A stretch of DNA of 64,000 nucleotides. Origin: an uncultured Gemmatimonadales bacterium (lineage in GTDB: Bacteria; Gemmatimonadota; Gemmatimonadetes; Gemmatimonadales; GWC2-71-9). Where the stretch lies: contig CAVZZO010000001.1 of NCBI GenBank assembly GCA_963779755.1, positions 704,001-768,000 of the forward strand, given 5' to 3'. The position numbers and the translations under genes were made by a program. Shown piece by piece: positions 38,811 to 47,856 of this stretch. The notes under the pieces are model-generated. The model saw nothing but the letters and a program-made list of their open reading frames with translations, ran no database searches and was not told the origin of the DNA. How positions within the stretch are numbered: the stretch's first letter is position 1; the number at the start of each line of letters is the position of its first letter.

Positions 38811-38827
38811 GTGGCGATGCTCACGTT

Positions 38828-39166
38828 TCACACGTTATACCACACCCCATAGCCCTCCGCCCGCAGCTCCAGAGCCAGCTCCCGCTCGGTGAGTTCCGCC
38901 TCTTCCCGGGTCATGGGCGGATACATGTGATAGAAATCCGGCCGCAGGCGCACCCCGTACCGATAAACGAAGCGGTTCCCCTTCCGGCCCGTCAGGTGCC
39001 GGCCCAGTCGTTCTTCGGGAGAGAGGCAGGTGGAGCCGACGTAGAGGCAGAGCCGGCCTCGTTTGTATCCGGGATTCTCCCGGAGAAAGGCCCGCTCCTT
39101 CAGGACCTCGCGGTCCAGCTCGACCACATACACCCGGCAGTGGGCCGGAGGGTCCGGGGAAGACAT
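38828..39166 (-). CDS. GIY-YIG-like small protein
   Basis: VYVVEL...LYVGST..PEERL..H, late conserved Glu helix. Confidence 0.65.
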   Translation of the reverse strand: MSSPDPPAHCRVYVVELDREVLKERAFLRENPGYKRGRLCLYVGSTCLSPEERLGRHLTGRKGNRFVYRYGVRLRPDFYHMYPPMTREEAELTERELALELRAEGYGVWYNV

Positions 39167-39261
39167 CGCGCCCGGAGCATAGCAGCACCCCAACGAAAGA
39201 GGGAAGCGAGCCTGCCCGCTTCCCTCTCCCCTCTCTCTCCACGGTTCTCGTGTCTGAGGTT

Positions 39262-40383
39262 TTATCGGCTTGCCACCGCGTTGGGCCGGATCAACAGGTC
39301 GGCGAACAACCCCGCGTGGTCCGAGGGCCAGATGGGGAACGCCGGTCCCTGGATGCGATCGGAAGGCAGATACCCGGTTCGTGTGATCCGTCCCTGGAAT
39401 TTCGCGGCCGGGTCGGGATAGCGGGCCAGCACGTAATCGATCCGCTGGTCGAATTCCGACTGCGCCAGGAGGTTGGAAAGATCATCCGCATGACAGCAGG
39501 TCAGGCCCTCCACGCCGGGTCGCATGGCCAGCCACAGGTCGGTGAACCCCGCCCCCGCCCCGGTGAGCACCTGGTACATGGGCGAGCCGGGCAGGCCATT
39601 GAGGTCGCCCATCAGTACCACCGGAAGGGCGGTCTGGGTCGCCGCCACCAGCTCGGTGGCCTGAGCCGCCCGCAGCAGGTCGAGCCCGGGCTGCTGGCCC
39701 GAGGCCAGGTGGGTATTCACTACCAGGAAGACCCCCGCCGTCGTCGCCACCTGGGCCATGACATACCCGTCGACCAGGCTTACCCCCGGCGCGATGGTGC
39801 CGATGACTGCGGCGAAATCCTGCTCCACGGGCGTGCCGACCACGCTCGCCTGATCGGCATCGATCAGCAGCGCGTTATGGTCCGTCAGGCTGACGCCGGG
39901 CAGGGGATTGGCGGTGGTGGTCACAACCTGCGCTCCCACCTGATAATGCAGGCCGCGCTGGGCCAGGTCCTGCATCAGCACCGGCAGAAAGTCGAGGTGC
40001 TGCACGATCGGGATTCCCAGGCCGGTGAGGTCGATATCGAGCTTGGTGACTTCCTGCAGTCCGACCACCGCCGGCCGCAGCTTCGCGATTTCCGCCGCCA
40101 TAGCCTGGGCCCGCGTCGGATAATCGGTTTCCTGCAGCGCCTGGATGGCGGTAAGCAGAGCCGGGAGATCGTCGTTGGGGTCGGGGCTCACCAGGGCGGT
40201 AATGACGGCGTCGGCGTCGGCGCCGATGTACATGTTGCGGCTGAGGAAGCCGGTGTGGCTCGCTCCCTCGGCCATGGCGGGCAGGGCAGCGGAACCCGCC
40301 GACGGTCCCATCGGAGAATCGTCAGAACAGGCTGCCAGCAGTCCGAGAGCCAGGACCGCTGACGGCAGGAGCAGGGGTCGCAT
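39262..40383 (-). CDS. Endonuclease/exonuclease/phosphatase-family lipoprotein
   Basis: Lipobox LAAC; GLQEV, NTHL, MGDLN, RIDY, SDH. Confidence 0.88.
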   Translation of the reverse strand: MRPLLLPSAVLALGLLAACSDDSPMGPSAGSAALPAMAEGASHTGFLSRNMYIGADADAVITALVSPDPNDDLPALLTAIQALQETDYPTRAQAMAAEIAKLRPAVVGLQEVTKLDIDLTGLGIPIVQHLDFLPVLMQDLAQRGLHYQVGAQVVTTTANPLPGVSLTDHNALLIDADQASVVGTPVEQDFAAVIGTIAPGVSLVDGYVMAQVATTAGVFLVVNTHLASGQQPGLDLLRAAQATELVAATQTALPVVLMGDLNGLPGSPMYQVLTGAGAGFTDLWLAMRPGVEGLTCCHADDLSNLLAQSEFDQRIDYVLARYPDPAAKFQGRITRTGYLPSDRIQGPAFPIWPSDHAGLFADLLIRPNAVASR

Positions 40384-40463
40384 CGGTGTCTCCGGATTGA
40401 GGGTGCGCGCGGCAATCGGCCCTAACTTGGCGGAAGGCAGTCAAGCGACGGTCAAGTCCCTGT

Positions 40464-40510
40464 GTGAAGGCATCTTCATGCCCGCTTCGTGAAGCCTTCT
40501 CGGGCTTTTC
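40464..40510 (+). promoter_or_regulatory. Putative operator, 11-bp-phased TTC repeats (copy 3)
   Basis: GTGAA-GGCAT-CTTCA-TGCCCGC-TTCGTGAA-G-CCTTC; TTC at 40475, 40486, 40497, 40508. Confidence 0.6.
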
Positions 40511-40524
40511 CCACCTTTCTGGTC

Positions 40525-40758
40525 ATGATTTCCACCCTGGCCGATCTGCCCGCCGGCACCGAGGCAACGCTGGAGCGGCTGGAGCTCGAGCCCGATGCGT
40601 CGATCCGCCTGATGGAGCTGGGCTTCTATCCCGGCGCGACGGTGCTGGCGGTTGGCGCGGCTCCAGGCGGCGATCCGCGGGTATTCCGGGTGGACGGGGC
40701 CGATGTAGCCCTGCGGCGGGAAACCGCCCGCCGGGTCCTGCTGCGGGACACGGCGTGA
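40525..40758 (+). CDS. feoA: Ferrous iron transport protein A
   Basis: RLMELGFYPG, APGGDP, VALRR; directly upstream of feoB. Confidence 0.9.
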   Translation: MISTLADLPAGTEATLERLELEPDASIRLMELGFYPGATVLAVGAAPGGDPRVFRVDGADVALRRETARRVLLRDTA

Positions 40759-42650
40759 GTTCCTGCCACGGCGGCGCCGCCACCCTGCGCCTCGAGCCTT
40801 CCGCTGCGGCGGCCACCCAGAGCGTGACGGTGGCCCTGGTGGGGCCTCCCAACGCCGGCAAGTCCACCCTGTTCAACCGGCTGACCGGGCTGCGGCAGAC
40901 GGTCGCCAACTACCCCGGCGTGACAGTCGAAGTCCGCCGGGGCCGGCTCAGGATGGGTCGGGGTCGGGACGTGGAGCTGCTCGACCTGCCGGGCACCTAC
41001 AGCCTGCAGCCCCGCAGCGAGGACGAGCAGGTGACCGACGATGTCCTGCGCGGGCGGATGCCGGGCGCCGGAAAGCCCGATGCCGTCCTGCTGGTGCTGG
41101 ATGCGACCAATCTGGGCCGGCACCTGGTGCTGGCGGCGCCGGTCCTGGCGCTGGGGATCCCCACCCTGGTGGTCCTGAACCTGGTGGACGATCTGGAGCG
41201 GCGCGGCGGAACGGTCGATGCCGCGGCGCTGGCCCGGCAGCTTGGCGCCCCGGTGACCCTGGCCAGCGCAGCCACGGGACGCGGGCTGGAGACCATCCAC
41301 CAGTTCCTCGCCGGCCGGTTCGCGGTCCCCGCGCGGATTCCGCTGCCGGTGATCCAGAACATGCCGGCCTGCCGCGAGTGGGCGGGCCGGCTGGCGCGGG
41401 GTTCCGATTACCGGCCGCCCCTTGCCTCGGCCTGGACCAGGCGGCTGGACCGGGTGTTCCTCCACCCGGTGGCGGGGCCGCTGATCTTTCTGGCGGTGGT
41501 GGTTGCGGTGTTCCAGGCGATGTTCAGCGCCGCTGCCCCTCTCTCGGATGCCATGGAGACGGCAATCACCGGGATGGGGGGCATCCTGGTGGCGCTGCTG
41601 CCGGCCGGCTGGGTCCGCGATCTCCTGGCCCAGGGGGTGGTCGCCGGGGTTGGCTCGGTGCTGGTCTTCCTCCCCCAGATCGCGGTGCTGTTCCTGTTCA
41701 TCGGCGTGCTGGAGGACTCCGGCTATCTGGCCCGCGCGGCCCTTATCGCCGACCGCACCCTGGCCCGGGTGGGATTGCAGGGGAAGTCGTTCATCCCCCT
41801 CCTGTCGGCCTATGCCTGTGCAGTGCCCGCGGTGCTGGCGGCGCGGACGATCGAGAGCCGGCGCGACCGGCTGGCGACCATCCTGATCGCGCCGTTCATG
41901 ACATGCGCGGCCCGGCTGCCGGTGTACACCCTGATCATCGCCGCCTTCCTGCCCAACCGATCGCTCCTGGGTCCGGTGTTCGGCGTCCGGGCCGCCGCGC
42001 TGCTGGGCCTCTATGTGTTGGGGCTGCTGGCGGCAATCGGCACGGCCCGGCTGCTCAAGTCCACCATCCTGAAGAGCGACCGGACGCCCTTCGTGCTGGA
42101 GCTGCCGCCCTACCGCTGGCCTACGCTGCGCTCGCTGGGGCTGCGGCTGGTGGATCGCTCCCGCGCCTTTCTCGCCCGGGCGGGCACGGTGATCCTGGCC
42201 GTGACCGTGGGCCTCTGGGTGCTCTGCCATGTGCCGCGGGTGAACGGGAACGATCCCGACCTGAGCCGCAGCGTGGCCGGCACCCTGGGCCGGGCCATCG
42301 AGCCGGCCATCCGGCCGCTGGGCTTCGACTGGAAGGTGGGGGTGGGCCTGGTGACCTCGCTGGCCGCACGCGAGGTGATCGTGGGGACGCTGGGTACCAT
42401 CAACGGCATTCAGGGCGATGACTCACCCGAAGGGCTGCAGCGGGCGCTGCGGCGCGATCTCTCACCGGCCGGCGCGGCGGCCCTGCTGGTGTTCTTCGCC
42501 TTCGCGATGCAGTGCATCTCGACCATCGCGGTGGTCCGCCGCGAGACGGGCAGCTGGCGGCTGCCGGCGCTGCAGTTCGGCTACATGCTCACCCTGGCGT
42601 GGACCGGCGCCTGGGTGGCGCATTTCCTGGTGACAAGATTGATCGGCTGA
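40755..42650 (+). CDS. feoB: Ferrous iron transporter B
   Basis: GPPNAGKS, NYPGVT, DLPGTYS, EDSGYLARAA, CAARLPVY, FVLELPPY. Confidence 0.95.
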   Translation: MSSCHGGAATLRLEPSAAAATQSVTVALVGPPNAGKSTLFNRLTGLRQTVANYPGVTVEVRRGRLRMGRGRDVELLDLPGTYSLQPRSEDEQVTDDVLRGRMPGAGKPDAVLLVLDATNLGRHLVLAAPVLALGIPTLVVLNLVDDLERRGGTVDAAALARQLGAPVTLASAATGRGLETIHQFLAGRFAVPARIPLPVIQNMPACREWAGRLARGSDYRPPLASAWTRRLDRVFLHPVAGPLIFLAVVVAVFQAMFSAAAPLSDAMETAITGMGGILVALLPAGWVRDLLAQGVVAGVGSVLVFLPQIAVLFLFIGVLEDSGYLARAALIADRTLARVGLQGKSFIPLLSAYACAVPAVLAARTIESRRDRLATILIAPFMTCAARLPVYTLIIAAFLPNRSLLGPVFGVRAAALLGLYVLGLLAAIGTARLLKSTILKSDRTPFVLELPPYRWPTLRSLGLRLVDRSRAFLARAGTVILAVTVGLWVLCHVPRVNGNDPDLSRSVAGTLGRAIEPAIRPLGFDWKVGVGLVTSLAAREVIVGTLGTINGIQGDDSPEGLQRALRRDLSPAGAAALLVFFAFAMQCISTIAVVRRETGSWRLPALQFGYMLTLAWTGAWVAHFLVTRLIG

Positions 42651-42673
42651 TTTCCAGATAGCTTTACCGCGCC

Positions 42674-42701
42674 CTTCGCGACTCTTCGCGTCTTCGCGGT
42701 T
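42674..42701. repeat. Lone arm of the second 9-mer family between convergent genes
   Basis: CTTCGCGACTCTTCGCGTCTTCGCGGTT abutting the stop at 42703. Confidence 0.65.
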
Positions 42702-42702
42702 C

Positions 42703-44019
42703 TCAGTTCCCGATCTCCTGCACCACCTCGCTCCCTGCCTCCGCGCCCTTGCGCAGCTCGAAATGCGCCGGGGCGCCCAAGCGCAGCCAGACGTTCCCGT
42801 TCTTGCGGGTAAGGGTGGAATCGCCCGGGAAGAGAAACAGCCCGGTCGCATCCACGGTGTCGAAGGCCACCTCCTCCCGCAGGTCGCCCACATCGGCAAC
42901 ATGGGGCTCCCTCTGCGCCACCGGATCGCCGTAGTTCAGCGCCACATCCGCGCGGAGCGGGGCCTTGCCCGGCAGCACCAGGTCGCCGCCCCGGATCAGC
43001 ACGTCGTGGGCGCCCCCGGTATTGTAGGGCAGCCGGGTGTAATCGGCCGAATCGGCTTGCCGGTAGGAGCCGGTGCCGATGGCGTCCAGCGCCCCCAGGA
43101 TACCGGCTACGTTGATGGCGCGGAGCCGCTGCTTCCCGGGGTCGTGGGGCAGCGCGCCGCTCTCGATCAGTACGGTGCTGGTGCCCCAGGTCTGTACCAG
43201 GTCGCCGAAGGCGCGCGGGTTGAAGGTGTCGTCGTACTTGGCGATATGGCCGGGAATGTCATGTCCCAGGAGCCGGGCCAGCACCGCCGCCACCAGCCGG
43301 GCGCGGGAGCGCACCGCGTTCCAGGTCCCGGCGGTATCGGTGGCGGGCGCCAGCAGCGCGATGGCCGAGCGGTGGCCGTCTATGCCCACCCGGGTGCGGG
43401 CTCCCTGGTCGTGCAGGTTGAAGCCGAAATCGGGCACCAGGCTGTCGCGCAGGCCCTTGAGCGCCCGTGCCTCGGGCGTCGCCAGCCGCCGGGCGTCGCG
43501 GTTGATGTCAATCCCGGCGGCGTTCTGCCGCTGGAAGAGCTGGGCTCCGTCCGGATTCAGCATGGGCACAAAGACGATGGTCAGGTTGCGGCGCAGCCGC
43601 TCCCGGAGGGAGTCGCCCCGGGCCTGGGCCAGGAAGCGGAAGATGTCGGCCAGGGCCATGGTGGCGGTGGATTCATCACCGTGCATCTGCGACCACAGCA
43701 ATACCTTGACGGGCCCGGTCCCGTAGGTCACCGCCCGGATGCCGCGTCCCTGGAGGGATTGCCCGATCTCGGCCGAGTGGAGGTCGGTGCCGGCGGTGAA
43801 GGGTGCCACCGCCTGCCAGAACTCGTCGTGGGTGAACCGCCGGGTGGCGATAGCCGCCACGTGGTAGCTGTCCGCCACCCGCAGGCCTTTGGTGAGCACG
43901 TCGAGCGTGCAGCAGCCGGCCGGCGAGTCGGACGTCCCTCCCCGAGCCGGCATCTGGGCGGCGGCGGGGAGGGAGAGGGACAGGGACAGCGCCAGAAGCG
44001 CCGCGACTGGACGACTCAT
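42703..44019 (-). CDS. M14-family zinc carboxypeptidase
   Basis: SQMHGDE, NPDG, DINRD, NLHDQ, LIESG; signal peptide. Confidence 0.88.
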   Translation of the reverse strand: MSRPVAALLALSLSLSLPAAAQMPARGGTSDSPAGCCTLDVLTKGLRVADSYHVAAIATRRFTHDEFWQAVAPFTAGTDLHSAEIGQSLQGRGIRAVTYGTGPVKVLLWSQMHGDESTATMALADIFRFLAQARGDSLRERLRRNLTIVFVPMLNPDGAQLFQRQNAAGIDINRDARRLATPEARALKGLRDSLVPDFGFNLHDQGARTRVGIDGHRSAIALLAPATDTAGTWNAVRSRARLVAAVLARLLGHDIPGHIAKYDDTFNPRAFGDLVQTWGTSTVLIESGALPHDPGKQRLRAINVAGILGALDAIGTGSYRQADSADYTRLPYNTGGAHDVLIRGGDLVLPGKAPLRADVALNYGDPVAQREPHVADVGDLREEVAFDTVDATGLFLFPGDSTLTRKNGNVWLRLGAPAHFELRKGAEAGSEVVQEIGN

Positions 44020-44097
44020 GGGCAGGGCTCGTTGGTGTGGGAACTCTCGCAAGATATCGTTTCGCAGTTTATCTCTGCCCGGCCGACGGCGGAATCG

Positions 44098-44229
44098 TCA
44101 GTCGCCGGAATCTCGGTTCCGGCCGCGCCACGCCGCGACGGCGATGGCGGTGCAGACCACGATGGAGGGCAGCACCAGGATCACCATGCCGCTCAGCATG
44201 GCATGGACGAAGCGTTCCATGGTGCTCAT
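44098..44229 (-). CDS. 43-aa single-TM protein at the end of the oxidase operon (not in ORF track)
   Basis: AGGAGG RBS; MSTMERFVHAMLSGMVILVLPSIVVCTAIAVAAWRGRNRDSGD. Confidence 0.65.
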   Translation of the reverse strand: MSTMERFVHAMLSGMVILVLPSIVVCTAIAVAAWRGRNRDSGD

Positions 44230-44254
44230 GGGGCGGCCCTCCTGGGGCGTTGGC

Positions 44255-44557
44255 TCACGGCAGGGGGAGCCGGTGGGAGAAGAGCCGGAAGGCGTCGGGC
44301 CAGAGGTGGTCCATCATGATCAGCACGAATACCAGGGCGGGGATCAGGGCCCAGGCCAGCCGCCGCTCGTAACGGAGGTGCATGAAGAACATGAGGGCGA
44401 TGGCGGCCTCAATCACGGCCAGCCCCAGCAGCGCCGCCAGCCGCTCGTGGACCGTGAGCCCGGCGTAGGTCAGGGCCACCTCGACCGCCACGATGGCGAT
44501 GAGCGCGATCCAGACGATGATATGGGTGCGGAAGCGCGGCTCGGCGTGTTCGGTCAT
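44255..44557 (-). CDS. Cytochrome c oxidase subunit IV family
   Basis: 3 TM; FFMHLRYE motif; operon context. Confidence 0.85.
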   Translation of the reverse strand: MTEHAEPRFRTHIIVWIALIAIVAVEVALTYAGLTVHERLAALLGLAVIEAAIALMFFMHLRYERRLAWALIPALVFVLIMMDHLWPDAFRLFSHRLPLP

Positions 44558-44572
44558 GGGTGGACTCGTGGT

Positions 44573-44688
44573 TCGAAGTTCAGGTCAGGGTCACAAGGGC
44601 CAGGGTCAAAGGTCGAAAGTCAAAGTCCGGCGCCGGCCAGTTTCTCGCGCCCGGGTTCGACCTTCGACCTTGGACCTTGGTCCTCTGG
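44573..44688. repeat. Inverted heptamer-run element inside the cox operon
   Basis: AGGGTC/AAGGTCG-like run followed by TTCGACC TTCGACC TTGGACC TTGGTCC. Confidence 0.65.
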
Positions 44689-44713
44689 AGCCATGCATGG
44701 GGGCCATTCCTCG

Positions 44714-45358
44714 CTACCGGGCCGCGTTCATCAGGTAGACCAGCGGGAACACGAACATCCACACCAGGTCTACGAAGTGCCAGTACAGTCCCAGCGTTTC
44801 GATATGGCCATCATTGAGGCGGCCGCGGCGGAACATCAGAGCGATGGTGCCGATGGCAATGACCCCGCAGATCACGTGGGCCAGGTGCAGCCCGGTAATG
44901 CCGAAGAACGACGCGCCGAAGATCGCCGAGCCGCCCAGGGGATTATGCGACGGGCTCCAGCCCTCATGAAACATGCTGAACCACTCGCGCAGATGCAGCG
45001 CGGCGAAGAGGATCCCCAGCAGCGCGGTAACCCAGAGCCAGCCGGTGCTCGCCGCCCGCCGCCCGGCCCTGGCCGCGGCGACCGCCGCCAGCATGCTGAG
45101 GCTGCTGGTGAGCAGGATCAGGGTCATCACCATGCCGTTGATGATGGTCGGGCTGAACTTGAAGGGCGTGGTCCAGTTGGGGCTGCCCAGGCGCAGGAAG
45201 CCGTAGGCGAACAGAATGGCGCCGAAGGTGGCCGCGTCGGCGATGATGAACAACCAGATGACCAGCTTCTTCGACTCGATCCGGAAGGGAGATTCCTCCT
45301 GTGCGCCGGCGTGGGCGTGCGCGCCGGCGGCCGGCATGGTCGTATCGGTATGAGTCAC
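44714..45358 (-). CDS. Heme-copper oxidase subunit III
   Basis: KLVIWLFI, FFGITGLHLAHV, GLYWHFVDLVW. Confidence 0.9.
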   Translation of the reverse strand: MTHTDTTMPAAGAHAHAGAQEESPFRIESKKLVIWLFIIADAATFGAILFAYGFLRLGSPNWTTPFKFSPTIINGMVMTLILLTSSLSMLAAVAAARAGRRAASTGWLWVTALLGILFAALHLREWFSMFHEGWSPSHNPLGGSAIFGASFFGITGLHLAHVICGVIAIGTIALMFRRGRLNDGHIETLGLYWHFVDLVWMFVFPLVYLMNAAR

Positions 45359-45395
45359 GGGTCCTCCGGAAGAAGGTCGGTCGCTCGCCCGGGGT

Positions 45396-45992
45396 TCAGA
45401 TCCTGAACACCAGCACCACGAACACGTACAGCCACAGCGCCGTCATGAAATGCCAGTAGAGCGCCGCGCCGCGCAGCGCGCCGGCCGGTGAGGGGCCGGT
45501 CATCCGCCCCAGCTTCGCCCGGACATACTGCAGTGCCACCAGCCCGCCGGTGAGGTGCAGCGCGTGCAGCACCGTCAGCAGATAGAAGAACGCGCTGCTG
45601 GGGCTGCTGCTCAGCGAGAGACCCTGGGCCACCAGCTGCCGCCAGGCGATGATCTGGCCCGCCAGGAAGAGCAGCCCCAGCACCAGGGTCAGGGTGATCC
45701 AGCGGAGCGCGTTGGGCGCCACCACCAGGTCGGCCCGGTTCTGCTGGCCCGGCAGGCCCGCCGTGGTTGCCTGCCGCGCGCCGGACAGTTCCAGCGTCAC
45801 GCTGCTCAGCAGGACGATGGCCGAGTTGAGAAACAGGATGGGCGGGAGACGGAAGTGCAGCCAGTCTGCCGCGGCCCCCTCGCGGACCACCATGGCGCTG
45901 GTGTAGGCCGCGAAGGACATGGCGATGGTCGCGATCCCGACCCAGACACCGGTACGGGTCGCTCGGGGAGGCGCGGGTCGCACGGCGGTCAC
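45396..45992 (-). CDS. Second subunit III-family protein
   Basis: FFYLLTVLHALH, YWHFM; ~5 TM. Confidence 0.85.
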   Translation of the reverse strand: MTAVRPAPPRATRTGVWVGIATIAMSFAAYTSAMVVREGAAADWLHFRLPPILFLNSAIVLLSSVTLELSGARQATTAGLPGQQNRADLVVAPNALRWITLTLVLGLLFLAGQIIAWRQLVAQGLSLSSSPSSAFFYLLTVLHALHLTGGLVALQYVRAKLGRMTGPSPAGALRGAALYWHFMTALWLYVFVVLVFRI

Positions 45993-47803
45993 ACGGCCTC
46001 CCCGGGCACGGTCTCGGGCGAGGTCTGCATGACATAGTCGCCCTGCGAGCCGGCCACGCCGTAGACGTCAGGCAGGTGATGCACCACGGGGTGGCGGCCG
46101 CCGAAGTTGTCGACCGGCGGCGGCGAGGTGGTGCTCCACTCCAGCGTGGTGGCTTCCCACGGGTTGTCCGGGGCCACCGGGCCGCGGCGCTTGCTCCAGA
46201 AGAAGTTCCACAGGAAGATCAGCTGCACCGCGCCGGTGAAGAGCGCCGCCACCGTGATGAACCGGTGCAGCGGGATCGACCCCTTCATGTACTCGTCGGT
46301 GAACGCGGAGTAGCGGCGGACGTTGCCCGCCAGGCCCAGGTAGTGCATCGGCATGAAGATGCAGTACACCCCGATGAAGGTCAGCGCGAAGTGGATCTTG
46401 CCCAGCTTTTCGCTCATCATCCGGCCGTAGATCTTGGGGAACCAGAAATAGGTCCCCGCGAACATGGCAAAGATGGCGGCGACCGCCATGACGAAGTGGA
46501 AATGCGCCACGACGAAGTAGGTCCCGTGCAGGTAGGTGTCGATGGACGGCTGCGCCAGGAAGAAGCCGCTGATGCCGCCGCTCACGAACACCGAGATGAA
46601 GCCGAGGCAGAAGAGCGCGGCCGCGGTGAAGCGGATCTTGCCGCCGTACACGGTGCCGATCCACAGCAGGGTCGCGATCGTCGCCGGGATGGTAATAATC
46701 AGGGTCGGAATGGAGAACAGCGTTGCCGAGAAGGGGTTCATCCCGCTCAGAAACATGTGGTGGCCCCACACGGTGTAGCTCAGGAAGCCCACGGCCACCA
46801 TGCAGCCGATGATCACGCGGGGGCCCAGCAGGGGCTTACGCACGAATGTCGGCAGGATGTGGGAGATGATCCCGAACGCCGGCAGGATGGCGATGTACAC
46901 CTCGGGATGGCCGAAGAACCAGAAGAGATGCTGCCACAGGAGCGGGGAGCCCCCGGCGTGGTCCTGCAGCCGGTCGCTCACCACCAGCCCGGCCGGAATA
47001 AAGAAGCTGGTACCGGCCAGCCGGTCGAGCAGCAGCAGGATGCAGGCGGGGAGCAGGACCGAAAAGGCGATCAGGCCGATCACCGAGGTGATGAACCAGG
47101 CCCAGGTGGTGTAGGGCATCCGGCGCAGCTTCATGCCCTTGGTCCGCAGGTCCAGCGTGGTGGAGATGAAGTTGAGCGAGCCCAGCAGCTGGCCGATGCA
47201 GAAGATCCCGATGGATACCACCCAGAGCGTCTGCCCCAGCCCCTGGCCCGGGCCGGCGTCCTGGCCCACGGCGCTGAGCGGGGCGTAAGCGGTCCAGCCG
47301 GAGAGGGCCGGCCCCTGGGGCACGAAGAACGACGCCACCAGCACCAGGAACGCGAGGCAGGTCACCCAGAACGACATCATGTTGAACCGGGGAAACGCCA
47401 TGTCCTCGGCGCCGATCTGGATCGGCAGCATGTAGTTGCCGAAACCGGCGAAGGGAGCGGTGGTCAGTACGAAGAAGACCATGATGGTCCCGTGCATGGT
47501 CATGAGCGAGAGATACATCTCGGGGGTCATGACCCCGCCGGCGGCACCGGTGGGCGCCAGGGTACTCAGGCCGGGAATGGCGAACTTGGGCCATGCCAGG
47601 TGCAGCCGCATGAGCCACGACAGCACCATCCCCGTCACCACCGCCACCAGGGCCAGATCGAGATATTGCTTCCCGATCACCTTGTGGTCGAGGCTGAAGA
47701 TGTGCGTCCGGATAAAGCCGTGCGGGGGTTCGTGCTTGATCTGGCTGATCTTCGCAGCGGTTTCCCGGCGACGGGGTGCGGCGGGCGCTGGGGTGTCGTC
47801 CAT
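45989..47803 (-). CDS. coxA: Cytochrome c oxidase subunit I, A1-type motif, atypical K-channel
   Basis: TMHG, DMAFPR, FGHPEVY, WGHH, HFH, RRY. Confidence 0.93.
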   Translation of the reverse strand: MDDTPAPAAPRRRETAAKISQIKHEPPHGFIRTHIFSLDHKVIGKQYLDLALVAVVTGMVLSWLMRLHLAWPKFAIPGLSTLAPTGAAGGVMTPEMYLSLMTMHGTIMVFFVLTTAPFAGFGNYMLPIQIGAEDMAFPRFNMMSFWVTCLAFLVLVASFFVPQGPALSGWTAYAPLSAVGQDAGPGQGLGQTLWVVSIGIFCIGQLLGSLNFISTTLDLRTKGMKLRRMPYTTWAWFITSVIGLIAFSVLLPACILLLLDRLAGTSFFIPAGLVVSDRLQDHAGGSPLLWQHLFWFFGHPEVYIAILPAFGIISHILPTFVRKPLLGPRVIIGCMVAVGFLSYTVWGHHMFLSGMNPFSATLFSIPTLIITIPATIATLLWIGTVYGGKIRFTAAALFCLGFISVFVSGGISGFFLAQPSIDTYLHGTYFVVAHFHFVMAVAAIFAMFAGTYFWFPKIYGRMMSEKLGKIHFALTFIGVYCIFMPMHYLGLAGNVRRYSAFTDEYMKGSIPLHRFITVAALFTGAVQLIFLWNFFWSKRRGPVAPDNPWEATTLEWSTTSPPPVDNFGGRHPVVHHLPDVYGVAGSQGDYVMQTSPETVPGEAV

Positions 47804-47856
47804 GAGCCTGCCCTTTCAGGGAAGAGAGTGCGCCGGCCAGAGGCCGGGCTCGGGAA

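Noticed and set aside
38828..39166. GIY-YIG-like protein as mobiliser of the repeat arrays
   Set aside because: Not flanked by any arm and distant from all arrays; no supporting evidence.
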